Source: Flavobacteriales bacterium
GTDB taxonomy: Bacteria > Bacteroidota > Bacteroidia > Flavobacteriales_F > PHOS-HE28
DNA: 64,000 bases
NCBI GenBank assembly: GCA_038234075.1
Contig: JBBSUV010000012.1
Location: 22,616-86,615, forward strand
Reading direction: 5' to 3'
Below the pieces are notes generated by a model that was not told where the DNA came from, searched no databases, and saw only the letters and a program-made list of their open reading frames with translations. Numbering within the stretch: the first letter of the stretch is position 1; each line of letters starts with the position of its first letter. The position numbers were made by a program, and so were the translations under genes. Of this stretch, positions 28,771-39,391 are shown in pieces.

Positions 28771-29973
28771 CAACGAAACCACTTCCGGCAGTGCCGCCCC
28801 CAGCCCTGTGTAGAGCTTGATGCCCGCTAAAGCCAACAGCACAACGAACACGTAGTTCCAGTTGGCGGTGAAGTCGAAGAGGCTGCCCGCGATGAACGGC
28901 CCGGTGGCCGCGAGCGAATAGCCGATGGCCTGCGCCATGCCAGAGAGCTTCGTGGCAGTCTCCGTGTTGCTGGAGCGCACTACGATCAGGTACAGCGACA
29001 GGCCGAAGGAACCGCCAAGCGCAAAGCCGATCAGGGCCACCCAGAGCTGCACCGGTCCAAGTCCGGGGAAGATCAAGCCGAGCAAGGCCACCACTTCCAA
29101 GGCGATCAGTGTGATGATGATCGAGCGTTGGTCCGGACGCTTTCCCGCCCAGAGCGGCGTGAGCAACGAGCCGAGTACGCCGGTGGCCTGCGAGAGGGAG
29201 AGCATCCATCCGGCGAAGACAGCGTCCTCTCCGCGACCTTGTATCATGTCCGGGAGCCACGCCAGGATCACGTAGAAAGCCAACGATTGCAGCCCCATGA
29301 AGAGCGCTACGTTCCACGCGAGGCGGGAAGAAAGCAATTGCTTCATGGCCTGCTTGTAACTGCCCGGCGGCCTTACATGCGCGGAGCGCGAAAGTTGCGG
29401 AAGCCAGAGCAGGAGCGCCGCCACCGCCAAAGCCGCCCACACTATCAATGCTCCTCGCCAACCCCACGAAAGGCCTTTCGCCAGCGGCACCGTGACCCCT
29501 GCGGCAACGGCAGCGCCTACGCCCATGGTGCCGGAATACATGCTCGTCATCAACCCGAACTTCTTCGAGAAGCTCTGTTTGACCAAGCCGGGCAGCAATA
29601 CGTTGCCGAACGCGATGGCGATGCCGAGCAGAAGCGTGCCGAGGTAAAGCGTGAACACGGAATGAACGGTCCGCACCAGGATGCCGATGGTGAGCAGGCC
29701 CATGGCGGCCGCCAGCATACCGGGAATGCCGAAACGCCGCGTGACCAGTGGCGTCACCAAGGAGATGCCGGCGAATGCCAGCAACGGCAACGTGGTCAAC
29801 AGCCCCAGCATGGTATTGGAAAGTCCCGTACTGTCGCGGATCATGCCGACCAACGGGCCCACAGCCGCCAGTGCGGGGCGCAGGTTGAGCGCGATGAGCA
29901 GGATGCCGGCGATGAGCAGGCCGTCCTTGGAACGCACGGAAGGCGCCGATGAATTGGATTGAAGCGAGGACAT
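28768..29973 (-). CDS. CynX/NimT-family MFS transporter
   Basis: ALNLRPALAAVGP, GNVLLPGLVKQSF and LSGMAQAIGY motifs. Confidence 0.9.
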   Translation of the reverse strand: MSSLQSNSSAPSVRSKDGLLIAGILLIALNLRPALAAVGPLVGMIRDSTGLSNTMLGLLTTLPLLAFAGISLVTPLVTRRFGIPGMLAAAMGLLTIGILVRTVHSVFTLYLGTLLLGIAIAFGNVLLPGLVKQSFSKKFGLMTSMYSGTMGVGAAVAAGVTVPLAKGLSWGWRGALIVWAALAVAALLLWLPQLSRSAHVRPPGSYKQAMKQLLSSRLAWNVALFMGLQSLAFYVILAWLPDMIQGRGEDAVFAGWMLSLSQATGVLGSLLTPLWAGKRPDQRSIIITLIALEVVALLGLIFPGLGPVQLWVALIGFALGGSFGLSLYLIVVRSSNTETATKLSGMAQAIGYSLAATGPFIAGSLFDFTANWNYVFVVLLALAGIKLYTGLGAALPEVVSL

Positions 29974-29997
29974 GGACGGAGGCGGCGAAGGTAGGCT

Positions 29998-30218
29998 GGT
30001 GATAGGAGGTGATAGGTGGATGGTGATTGGTGATTGGAGGCACCGTAGGTCGCAGCAGCCGGTCGCCACATTCAGATCAGCAGCGGTCAACTCCGCGCTC
30101 AGCGCGGAAATCCTGTCGTCCGATATGTATCGGACCTGTGATCCTGTCCTTCTCTTGTCGGCAGCAGTCGGGCCCAGTCACCGATCACCGATCACCATCA
30201 CCCTTCACCGATCACTAT
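29998..30218. repeat. Intergenic repeat element, copy 2 (direct repeat of 28579-28770)
   Basis: Core CTCCGCGCTCAGCGCG at 30091 (offset 1446 from copy 1), the same TTCTCTTGTCGGCAG block and heptamer arms, plus an extra hairpin GTCCGAT-N-ATCGGAC. Confidence 0.7.
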
Positions 30219-30271
30219 AGGCAGAAACTCCGTCAAAGCCCCACACGCACCACCGGCTACTTTTGCGGCCG

Positions 30272-31306
30272 ATGTACAAACTGCTCCGTCCGTTGCTTTT
30301 CAGCCTTTCGCCCGAGCGCGCGCATCACCTCACGTTCTCGGCCTTGGAAATGGCGAAGCACATCCCCGGTGCGCTCGCACTGGTAGGTGGTGAGCGCCCT
30401 TCTGCGGAAGCTGCGTTGGAAGTGATGGGATTGAGATTCCCTGGTCCCGTGGGCCTTGCAGCCGGAATGGACAAGGATGCCAAGCACGTGGACGCCTTGT
30501 CGCGGATCGGCTTCGGCTTCATTGAAGCAGGCACCTTAACGCCCGTAGCACAGCCCGGCAATGAGCAACCACGCCTCTTCCGCCTGAAGGCCGATCGCGC
30601 GCTGATCAACCGCATGGGCTTCAACAACGGCGGCGTACTGGCAGCGGTGGAACGCTTGAAGAAGCGCACGCCCGGCATCATCGTTGGCGGCAACATCGGC
30701 AAGAACAAGGTGACGCCGAACGAGCAGGCCATCGACGACTATGTGAAGTGCTTCGAGGCGCTGCACGGCGTGGTGGACTACTTCGTGGTGAACGTGAGCA
30801 GCCCGAACACACCGGGTCTGCGTGCGCTGCAAGAGAAAGGTCCTCTGCTGGCCATCTTGAACGAATTGAAAAAATGCGATGTAGCGAAGGCGGTGCATCG
30901 GCCGATCTTGCTGAAGATCGCGCCGGACCTGACGGACGAGCAGTTGAACGACATCGTTTCTGTGGTGAAGGAGAGCAACATCGCGGGCGTGATCGCCACC
31001 AACACCACCATCTCGCGCGAAGACTTGCAGATGCCGAAGAGCGAAGTGGACGCCATGGGCGCAGGCGGTGTGAGCGGGGCACCTGTACGCGAACGGAGCA
31101 CCGCGCTGGTGCGTTACCTGCGTGAACGCTTGCCGAAGCCGCTCGTCATCATCGGCGTGGGCGGCATCGACAGTGCTGAAGCTGCAATTGAAAAGCTGGA
31201 CGCCGGCGCGGACTTGGTGCAGGTCTACACGGGCTTGATCTACGAAGGACCCGCGCTGCTGAAGCGCATCAACAACGCTTATGTGATATGGAAAAGCCGC
31301 AAGTGA
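30272..31306 (+). CDS. pyrD: Dihydroorotate dehydrogenase (quinone)
   Basis: [32 protein letters not shown] and ATNTT motifs. Confidence 0.96.
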   Translation: MYKLLRPLLFSLSPERAHHLTFSALEMAKHIPGALALVGGERPSAEAALEVMGLRFPGPVGLAAGMDKDAKHVDALSRIGFGFIEAGTLTPVAQPGNEQPRLFRLKADRALINRMGFNNGGVLAAVERLKKRTPGIIVGGNIGKNKVTPNEQAIDDYVKCFEALHGVVDYFVVNVSSPNTPGLRALQEKGPLLAILNELKKCDVAKAVHRPILLKIAPDLTDEQLNDIVSVVKESNIAGVIATNTTISREDLQMPKSEVDAMGAGGVSGAPVRERSTALVRYLRERLPKPLVIIGVGGIDSAEAAIEKLDAGADLVQVYTGLIYEGPALLKRINNAYVIWKSRK

Positions 31307-32151
31307 AACTCGTCGAGTGCCCGCGCGATGCCATGCAGGGCATTCACCAATTCATACCCACGGATGTGAAGGTGCGTTATCTCAATGGGCTGCTGCGTGT
31401 AGGCTACGATACCATCGACATCGGTAGCTTCGTCAGCCACAAGGCGATCCCACAGTTAGTGGACACAGCGGAGGTGCTTCAGCGTATCGACCTCAGCACA
31501 ACGAAGAGCAAGCTGCTTGTTATCGTGGCCAACGAGCGCGGCGCGGAGGACGCGGTGAAGCAGGAAAGTGTGCGCTACTTAGGCTATCCGTTCAGTATCA
31601 GCGAGACCTTCCAGCAGCGCAACACGAACACCAGCATCGAAGGCAGTTGGTCGCGCACGGCGAACATCGCGGAGCTGGTGCGGAAAGCGGGGAAGGAGAT
31701 GGTGGTCTACATCAGCATGGCCTTCGGGAATCCGTACGGCGATCCATGGAACGCGGAGGTCGCGCAGCATTGGACCTACAAGCTGGTGAAGGAGCTTGGC
31801 GTGCGCATCATTGCATTGAGCGACACCGTGGGCGTGGCCAAGCCGGAGGACATCGCAAGCATGTTCAGCACCTTGATACCTGCGATGCCGGAAGTGGAGT
31901 TCGGTGCGCACCTCCATGCCCGCTTGGACAATTGGAAGGGGAAGACCGATGCCGCATGGAACGCCGGCTGCCGCCGCTTCGATGGTGCGCTGAAAGGCTA
32001 TGGCGGTTGCCCGATGGCGGAAGATGATCTCGTTGGGAATTTGGCCATGGAGCAATTCGTGCGGGACCTAGAAACGCGTGGTATCCACACAGGACTGGAC
32101 TTGGCGCAGATGGAGCGCAGCGTGGTGGAAGCGGGAACGGTGTTCCCGTAA
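31288..32151 (+). CDS. Hydroxymethylglutaryl-CoA lyase family
   Basis: [25 protein letters not shown] and GYGGCPMA motifs. Confidence 0.9.
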   Translation: MEKPQVKLVECPRDAMQGIHQFIPTDVKVRYLNGLLRVGYDTIDIGSFVSHKAIPQLVDTAEVLQRIDLSTTKSKLLVIVANERGAEDAVKQESVRYLGYPFSISETFQQRNTNTSIEGSWSRTANIAELVRKAGKEMVVYISMAFGNPYGDPWNAEVAQHWTYKLVKELGVRIIALSDTVGVAKPEDIASMFSTLIPAMPEVEFGAHLHARLDNWKGKTDAAWNAGCRRFDGALKGYGGCPMAEDDLVGNLAMEQFVRDLETRGIHTGLDLAQMERSVVEAGTVFP

Positions 32152-32301
32152 AGCCCACAGGGCAAGCCACAACGCAAACTCCCGCTCAGGGTCTCGCAAA
32201 GCGGACCCTGAGTTCCAGAACTTGCTCTTTCAGCTAACGCCTACCAAACCCGACAACGGCGACAGCGTGAGACCGCGTTCCAAGAGGTCCTGAACAGCCT
32301 C

Positions 32302-34582
32302 TTATAGTTTCACGAACCGTGCCGTTTCTCTTGTGCCCTTGCCGAACGTGGTGATCACGAACGATCCCGCGGGAAGCTGGCTCACGTCCACGGCACCGTC
32401 GGGCGAAAGCGGTCCTTCCAGCAGGATCCTTCCGAAAAGGTCTTGTATCTCGAAACGGCCAAAGACTGCTTTTTGTCCTTGGCATGTCACCCAGATCCGT
32501 TCATGTGCGGGATTGGGGAACACGCGGACATCGTGGAAGGAATATTCGGCCAAGGAGGTGCTTGCGTCCACACGGAATACAGCAGGAGGGGTGATGATCG
32601 GAGCGTTGAAGTCGAAAACGATGTGCGCAACATTGTCGATCTCGGCACCATCCGCCAAGCTCGTCTCAGGCAGGATGCTGAAACGGACAAAGCCGTGGCT
32701 ATTAACCTCATCGCTGATGCTATCGGGTAAATTGATGGCATTGAACAGTACGTACAACACGCCGTGGTCCACGTACCACTGATAGGGATGGCTGGCCCCC
32801 AGAACTTGGATACTCGCCACTTGCAGGCCCGTTGGTAGTGTGTCTGCGATCACTACGCGTTGGGCCATGAATGTTCCCGTGTTCTGGAAGCGGACCGTAT
32901 AGTTGAGCCGCGTTCCACCGGCCTGGATCTCAGCGGGGGACAAGGATGAAGGAGCGACCAACTTATCGTTCGGGTCGTAACTGCCGACCACGCTGTCGGT
33001 GTAGTTAACGATGTTGTCGACCGGTGTTTCATCGCTGCTATCGGGAAGTACAACTAAATGATAATTGAGTGTGGTGCCCAAAGGCACATTGGCGGCGGTG
33101 TTCAGTTCCACGACAATGGAGATAGTGGAACCCACTGCCAATCCGGGCACGTCCCACGTTGCCGTATTGCCGGAAATTGAACCGGGCGCGATCGAACTGC
33201 CCACCCAACTTTGGTCTGGATCGAGATCCAGCACCAAGTGGGCATCCATGGGAACGGTGCCGAAGTTGCGACAAGAGAGGTAAAGCTGGCTGTTGAAGCC
33301 GGGAACGGCGGGGCCGGCATCAAGCCGGGCCTGTAGGTCTTGGATGTCCGGGATAAGGAAGGCAGCAAAATCATTATGGGTATCCGCCATCCCCATGGCG
33401 GGCAGATCCGCAGTATGGGTGGTGGGTGTGAAGGATTGGACATAGGGGTAGTAGGAGGAAGGAACCATGGTATAGGAACCGGGCAGAACGCCGACTTGCC
33501 AGGTACCGTCCAAGTCGCAGCCCACGATGTAATTGCTTGGTTGGAGCGAAACGGAGGCAGTAGGCAGTCCCGGCTCACCGGGGTCGTATTGTCCGTTGCC
33601 GTCCAAGTCCATGAAAACGCGGCCGGAGATGCCCGGATTCGAGCCGGGGCAACTGCTGTTAAGCACCGAACAGTAGTTAAAGTCATTGGGGCCGAAAGGT
33701 CCGTTGATTGTTTGACATGATATCAAAGACGCGGGCCAGTTGGGAGGCAGAATTGCTGAGTAACGTCATAATTGGTGAGGTCCAGGCTCGTCAAACCACA
33801 GGGAACGATGCCAAGCATAATTTCAGGTGATCATCAAAGAAATTCATCGAGAGCTTGGTCATGTCCTGTGTCCAGCCCTGCACCGTGAGCGTGCCAAAGG
33901 AGTTGATCCCAGTAATGAACTCCACGGAATCACAGGTAAATGCGGAAAGGTCCAATAACTGGTCATTGGCGTCCGGCATTACGAACATCGATCTGGCCAT
34001 TCCCGCAGGTAGGACGACCTCAGGGCCATAACAATCCAACGAAAGTGAACCCGTCTTGACCGATCCCTGCCAGGTAATGTCCTGAAATGTTGCGACCATG
34101 TAGTGCAAGCTGTCCGGCATGGTGCCGAAAGCGAGATGGGATGATTCTGCATAGACGACCAGTGTCTGTAAGCCTGCGGGGAGATCATGTAAGTTGACCG
34201 AATCAATGGAGCCATTGAATATTTGCACTCCAAACTGCTTCAAGCCAGCAGGAAGGCCATTGACGCTGAAGGACGATATGTAGTTGTTATTGCAGGTGAT
34301 GGTCAGGCTCTTCAGGGAATCCAAGTACTTAAAGCCGATGAATTCAGATGGTATCGAAGGCAGGTATATGTCACTGAGTTGAACTGCGGCCGTGTCCAAG
34401 TCGGCAATGCCCGTCTGCGTCGTGTCCATAATGCCGACGGCATCGACGATCCCTGGTATCAGTGAGTTCAGGGCTTGGCGTTCTAGCGTGTCAGGGATGA
34501 AGACTTGTGCTTTTGCAGTGCCCAAGGCAAAAGAGATCAGGGTTGCAAGTGCGATGCGGTGAAGGAATATTTGGTAGTTCAT
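32302..34582 (-). CDS. T9SS-secreted surface protein (LRR-like N-terminus, DUF7619-like GSYDPNDK module), split by two -1 frameshifts
   Basis: ORFs 33791-34582 and 32302-33726 join via an intermediate frame (PEIMLGIVPCGLTSLDLTNYDVTQQFCLP) if one C is added at about 33826 and one at about 33745. The span is 2281 nt (3n+1). Confidence 0.7.
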
Positions 34583-34749
34583 GATAGGTGAATTTACACG
34601 CGAGAAATTGAATTGATCGATCGCGCCGACCTTAAGACGACTCTTTCCGGTGGAACGCTGCTTGCAAGCGATACCCCCAGGTTGGGATACCTAGCAGATC
34701 CGCAGAATCCCGTTTCTGGACGTGTCCGCTCCATTCGACAAAATGCAGC

Positions 34750-34799
34750 ACGACGATATTGTCGTCATTTGGAATCCGGATATATCGTCAATACATTTG
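34750..34799 (+). promoter_or_regulatory. Bacteroidota -33/-7 promoter with inverted repeats
   Basis: TTTG (34768-34771)-N20-TACATTTG (34792-34799). GACGATAT/ATATCGTC-type inverted repeats overlap it. Confidence 0.65.
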
Positions 34800-34819
34800 G
34801 CGCGCTAACCCTCCGCGCC

Positions 34820-35650
34820 ATGAGCCCCAATCCCTACTTCGGAAGCAACTTGAAACTGCTGCGTGCCCGCCGTGGCCGCTCGCAGGAAGAGGTCGCCATC
34901 GGCCTCGACGTGAAACGCTCCAGCTGGAGCGGCTACGAGAACGGCAGCGCCGAACCGCCCTTGGACCTGCTCGTGCGCATCAGCGCCTACTTCAGGGTAA
35001 GCTTGGACAAGCTGCTGAAGGACGACCTCACGCTGCTCAGTGAGAGCCAGCTGGGCATCCTGGAGCGCGGCGGTGATGTGGACCTCAGTGGCCGCCGGTT
35101 GCGCGTACTGGCCACCACCGTGGATAGCAAGGATCGCGAGAACATCGAGCTGGTGCATGAGAAGGCCAAGGCCGGCTATGCGTTGGGCTATGCCGATCCC
35201 GAATACATCAGTGTGCTGCCGGCCTTCCAGATGCCCTTCCTCAGCCGCGACCGCAAGTACCGCACGTTCCAGATCAGTGGCGACAGCATGCCGCCCGTGA
35301 GCGAAGGCTCTTGGGTAACGGGCGAGTACGTGCAGAACTGGCAGACCATCCGCGACGGCCAGCCCTACATCATCATCACCAAGGAGGACGGCATCGTGTT
35401 CAAGGTGGTGTACAACCAGCTGAAGACCACCGGAGGCCTGTTGCTCTGCAGCACCAATCCGGTCTACCAACCCTACGAGGTGCCCATCTCAGAGGTCTTC
35501 GAGGTGTGGAAGTTCGTGCACTTCATCAGCCACGAACTGCCCGAGCCGAACCTGACCCGCGATGAGCTTTCGCGCAGCGTGATGGACCTGCGCAAGGAAG
35601 TGGGCCAGCTGCGGATGACCATGGAGAAGCAGGGGAGGCTGGCGTTGTAA
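34820..35650 (+). CDS. XRE/CI-type HTH plus S24 peptidase repressor (non-canonical LexA-like)
   Basis: HTH_3 (LKLLRARRGRSQEEVA...WSGYENG), AG cleavage-type site (KAGY), SGDSM serine and VFK lysine. Confidence 0.85.
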   Translation: MSPNPYFGSNLKLLRARRGRSQEEVAIGLDVKRSSWSGYENGSAEPPLDLLVRISAYFRVSLDKLLKDDLTLLSESQLGILERGGDVDLSGRRLRVLATTVDSKDRENIELVHEKAKAGYALGYADPEYISVLPAFQMPFLSRDRKYRTFQISGDSMPPVSEGSWVTGEYVQNWQTIRDGQPYIIITKEDGIVFKVVYNQLKTTGGLLLCSTNPVYQPYEVPISEVFEVWKFVHFISHELPEPNLTRDELSRSVMDLRKEVGQLRMTMEKQGRLAL

Positions 35651-35673
35651 CGTACGCTCAGGATTTCCCTTTT

Positions 35674-35733
35674 AGCCGCAAGCCATAAGCTCCAAGCCAC
35701 AAGCTTGTGCCTTATGGCTTGTAGCTTATGGCT
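35674..35733. repeat. Heptamer-built hairpin (AGCCATA/AGCCACA arms)
   Basis: AGCCGCA AGCCATA AGCTCCA AGCCACA followed by inverted TATGGCT TGTAGCT TATGGCT. Confidence 0.7.
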
Positions 35734-35790
35734 CATATTTCATAGCTGACCCACTGCGGATATCTTTGGCGAAAGTCATCACCTTCGCAC

Positions 35791-36501
35791 ATGAGATCCC
35801 TGATCCATTCCCTGCGTCCCGTTCGAAGTTGGGCGTTTCTTGCCGTGATCCTCTTCGCCACCGGCTGCATCACTATCGAGGAGCACTATACGTTCAAAAG
35901 AAACGGCTCCGGCACCATGGAATACGTGGTGGATATGACCGAGATGGCGGAAATGATGAAGTCCATGGACGCCATGGACAAGAAGGCCAAGGGAAAGGAT
36001 AAGAGCAAGGACAATGACAAGGAAGCCCCACCCGCCATGGGTCTGGAGGAGCAATCCAAGCAGTTGAAGGGCTTGGAAGGGATCAAGAAGGTGAAGTTCA
36101 AGGAAGAGGCCGATGGCTATCTCCAGCGCGTCTCCTTCGCTTTCAAGGACCTGGACGCGCTGAACCGGGCGCTGAACGTGCTGATGCCCGACAGCACCGG
36201 TGTGCAGCAGACCTTCTTCCGCTGGGAAGGGAATACCTTGGTCCGCATCAGTAACAAACACGCGAAAGAGATGGGCGGGGACATTACCAGCGACGCGGAT
36301 TCCTCCGACCTCAGCAGCATGATGGAAAGCATGAAGTACAAGTACAGCTTCAAGTTCCAGGATGCGATCCGCGACATCACCTTGGCCGATGGCGTGAAGC
36401 GGGAAGACCCGAAGCCCAAGCAGGTGAACCTCTCCACGGACTGGTCCGTGATCATGAAGGACCCTAAGGCGCTGGATATGCGAATCACCTTGGATAAGTA
36501 A
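35791..36501 (+). CDS. Hypothetical lipoprotein
   Basis: Lipobox FATGC followed by ITIEEHYTFKRNGSG. Confidence 0.75.
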   Translation: MRSLIHSLRPVRSWAFLAVILFATGCITIEEHYTFKRNGSGTMEYVVDMTEMAEMMKSMDAMDKKAKGKDKSKDNDKEAPPAMGLEEQSKQLKGLEGIKKVKFKEEADGYLQRVSFAFKDLDALNRALNVLMPDSTGVQQTFFRWEGNTLVRISNKHAKEMGGDITSDADSSDLSSMMESMKYKYSFKFQDAIRDITLADGVKREDPKPKQVNLSTDWSVIMKDPKALDMRITLDK

Positions 36502-36509
36502 ACACGGGC

Positions 36510-36995
36510 ATGGAAGAGCATTTGTTGGAACGCGCCATCCGCTTGGCGGCGAAGGTGCACAAGGGGCAGAAGGATCGGGCACAAAAGCCATACATCCTGC
36601 ACGTGATGCGGGTGATGATGCGCGGAACCGACATGGAGGAACAATTGCTGGGTGCGATGCATGATGTGCTGGAACGCTCCACCCTGACCACCGCTGACCT
36701 GGAGCTGAAAGGCTTTCCTCCGCGGGTGCTCACGGCCTTGGAGCACATTTCCAGAAGGAAGGAAGAAGACTACGTGGGATACATCGAACGGGTGGCGTTG
36801 AATGGATTGGCCACGCGCGTGAAGCTCCACGACCTCTCCGACAAGATGGACATCCGGCACATGAACGTACTGGACCAATCCGACCTGAAGCGCTACAACC
36901 GCCAATTGGCCGCCTACCACAAGCTGCGTATCCTGGCCGAAGCGGCGCGTTCCGTGGAAGGCCAAGGCAACGGGTGGAAAGCAACAACCGCTTGA
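36510..36995 (+). CDS. HD-domain hydrolase, small (p)ppGpp hydrolase (SAH/Mesh1)-like
   Basis: AAKVHKGQKD...PYILH...MHDVLE and RVKLHD motifs. Confidence 0.75.
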   Translation: MEEHLLERAIRLAAKVHKGQKDRAQKPYILHVMRVMMRGTDMEEQLLGAMHDVLERSTLTTADLELKGFPPRVLTALEHISRRKEEDYVGYIERVALNGLATRVKLHDLSDKMDIRHMNVLDQSDLKRYNRQLAAYHKLRILAEAARSVEGQGNGWKATTA

Positions 36996-37042
36996 GGCCT
37001 TGGCCCATGCGGCTATATTCGCGGTCTTGAAAATCACCCCTC

Positions 37043-39082
37043 ATGCAACGATACCTACTCTCCCTATTGGTAATTCCATTCCTTTTCTCCTGCAACAGCC
37101 CTGCTGACAAGACCACGGATGTGAACAAGAACGACACCTTGACCGCGGATCCCTTCAAGTGGGAAGCCGACCAGTTCGGGGATGTGCGCGTGCTCCGGTA
37201 CAAGATCCCGGGATGGGAGCAGCTTTCGCTCCAGCAGAAGAAGCTGGCCTACTACCTGACGATGGCCGGCCTTAGCGGCCGCGACATCATGTGGGACCAG
37301 AACTACCGCTACAACCTTCCGGTGCGGCATGCGCTGGAGAAGATCATCAGGGACTACAAGGGCGAACGTTCCGGCGCGGAATGGGATGCCTTCATGACCT
37401 ACGCGAAGGAGATCTTCTTCGCCAACGGCATCCACCACCACTACAGCATGGACAAGTTCACGCCCGATTTTCCGCGCACCTACATGGATTCGCTGGTGAC
37501 GGCCAGCGGCGCCACCTTGGCAAAGGAGGTGGTGGACATCCTGTTCGATCCGACCATCGATGCCAAGAAGGTGAGCCTGGATAAGGACAAGGATCCGGTG
37601 CTGGCCTCGGCGGTGAATTTCTATGGGGACGACATCAACTCGAAAGAGGTGGATAATTTCTATGCCGCCATGGAAGTGAAGGGGGACACCACTCCGATCA
37701 GCTACGGCCTCAACAGCAAGCTGGTCCGTGGCGCTGATGGAAAGTTGATGGAACAGACCTACAAGGTCGGTGGCATGTACGGTCCGGCTTTGGCGGAATG
37801 TGCGAAATGGCTGGACCAGGCCGCCGACGTGGCAGAGAACGATCAGCAGCGCAAGGCCATCAAGTTGCTCGCGGAATACTACCGTACCGGTAGCCTGAAG
37901 ACCTGGGACGACTTCAACGTCGCTTGGGTTCAGGACACCAGCAGCACAGTTGATTTCATCCAAGGATTCGTGGAGGTGTACAACGATCCCTTGGGCAAGC
38001 GCGGTTCCTTCGAGTCCATCGTGGAAGTGACGGACCCTGCGGCCACGAAGAATATGGTGATGATCCAGAAGAACGCGCAATGGTTCGAGGATCACTCGCC
38101 CTTGTTGCCGCAGCACAAGAAGAAGAAAGTCGTGGGCATCACCTACCGCTTCATCAACTCCGTGGGCGAGGCGGGCGATGCCTCGCCCAGCACGCCCATC
38201 GGGGTGAACGTGCCCAACGCCGACTGGATCCGCAAGGACTATGGCAGCAAGAGCATCAGCCTGGGCAACATCATCGATGCCTATGACAGGAGCTCCGGCC
38301 AAAGCTCGTTGAAGGAATTCTGCTACGACTCAGCAGAAGTCGCCAGAGCGGTGAAATACGGATCCCTCGCGGGGAACATCCACACCGCCTTGCACGAAGT
38401 GGTGGGCCACGCCAGCGGCCAGATCGAGCCGGGCATCGCCGGGCCGGACGTCACCCTGAAGAGCTATGCCAGCACACTGGAGGAAGGCCGCGCCGATCTG
38501 GTGGCCCTGTACTTCATGATGGACCCCAAGCTGGTGGAGATGGGCGTGATGCCTTCGTTGGAAGTGGGCAAGACCGAATACGACAGCTACATCCGCAATG
38601 GCCTCATGGTCCAATTGCGTCGCCTGAAGTTGGGCAAGCAGGTGGAGGAGGCGCACATGCGCAACCGCCAGTGGGTAAGCGCATGGGCCTATGAGAAGGG
38701 AAAGCAGGACAGCGTGATCGTGAAAGAGGTGCGTGATGGCAAGACCTACTTCCATATCCGGGATTACGAAAAGCTGCGGACCATCTTCGGCGACCTGCTG
38801 CGGGAGGTACAGCGCATCAAGAGCCAGGGCGACTACAAGGCCGGGCATGACCTGGTGGAGAACTATGGCGTGATGGTGGATCCCGCGATCCATGCCGAGG
38901 TGCTCAAGCGCTCCGAGCATATCAAGACCGCACCATACGCAGGCTTCATCCAGCCGCGCTTAGTGCCTGTTACCGGCAAGGACGGCGCGATCACCGACAT
39001 CAAGGTGGAGTACCCGGACGACTTCGTGAAACAGATGCTGGAATACGGCGAGAAATACAATTTCCTGCCAGTCACGAACTGA
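37043..39082 (+). CDS. Dipeptidyl-peptidase III (M49) lipoprotein
   Basis: Lipobox LFSC, HEVVGH (HExxGH) motif and EEGRADL. Confidence 0.9.
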   Translation: MQRYLLSLLVIPFLFSCNSPADKTTDVNKNDTLTADPFKWEADQFGDVRVLRYKIPGWEQLSLQQKKLAYYLTMAGLSGRDIMWDQNYRYNLPVRHALEKIIRDYKGERSGAEWDAFMTYAKEIFFANGIHHHYSMDKFTPDFPRTYMDSLVTASGATLAKEVVDILFDPTIDAKKVSLDKDKDPVLASAVNFYGDDINSKEVDNFYAAMEVKGDTTPISYGLNSKLVRGADGKLMEQTYKVGGMYGPALAECAKWLDQAADVAENDQQRKAIKLLAEYYRTGSLKTWDDFNVAWVQDTSSTVDFIQGFVEVYNDPLGKRGSFESIVEVTDPAATKNMVMIQKNAQWFEDHSPLLPQHKKKKVVGITYRFINSVGEAGDASPSTPIGVNVPNADWIRKDYGSKSISLGNIIDAYDRSSGQSSLKEFCYDSAEVARAVKYGSLAGNIHTALHEVVGHASGQIEPGIAGPDVTLKSYASTLEEGRADLVALYFMMDPKLVEMGVMPSLEVGKTEYDSYIRNGLMVQLRRLKLGKQVEEAHMRNRQWVSAWAYEKGKQDSVIVKEVRDGKTYFHIRDYEKLRTIFGDLLREVQRIKSQGDYKAGHDLVENYGVMVDPAIHAEVLKRSEHIKTAPYAGFIQPRLVPVTGKDGAITDIKVEYPDDFVKQMLEYGEKYNFLPVTN

Positions 39083-39176
39083 CATCGCACGGGGTGATCG
39101 GAAAATCATCCCGGGACCGATCGGATAAGCCGGACGCGGCTATATTTGCGCCCCCGTTCCGAACAGGGCGGGAAAT

Positions 39177-39260
39177 ACCGGAGTGGCGGAATTGGTAGAC
39201 GCGCACGTTTCAGGGGCGTGTGACCGTAAGGTCGTAAGGGTTCGAGTCCCTTCTTCGGTA
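39177..39260 (+). tRNA. trnL: tRNA-Leu(CAG)
   Basis: Acceptor ACCGGAG/CTTCGGT, D-loop TGGTA, anticodon arm CACGT-TTCAGGG-GCGTG, long variable arm and GGTTCGAGTCC. CCA is not encoded. TATATTTG box at 39141-39148. Confidence 0.95.
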
Positions 39261-39391
39261 CTGACAGAGCGGCGCGAGCCGCTTTGTTCGTTCTCAGGGT
39301 TTGCCGAAGCCTCATGTCGATCTTGGTCGCAGCCTCGTTTCCTTCAGCAACCGTTCGCGCCATCGTTCGCGGCTACCTTTGATCGGACCAG

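Noticed and set aside
32185-32212. Hairpin CTCAGGGTC-N10-GACCCTGAG
   Set aside because: A single copy between convergent genes, most simply a terminator-like structure without a clear U-tract.
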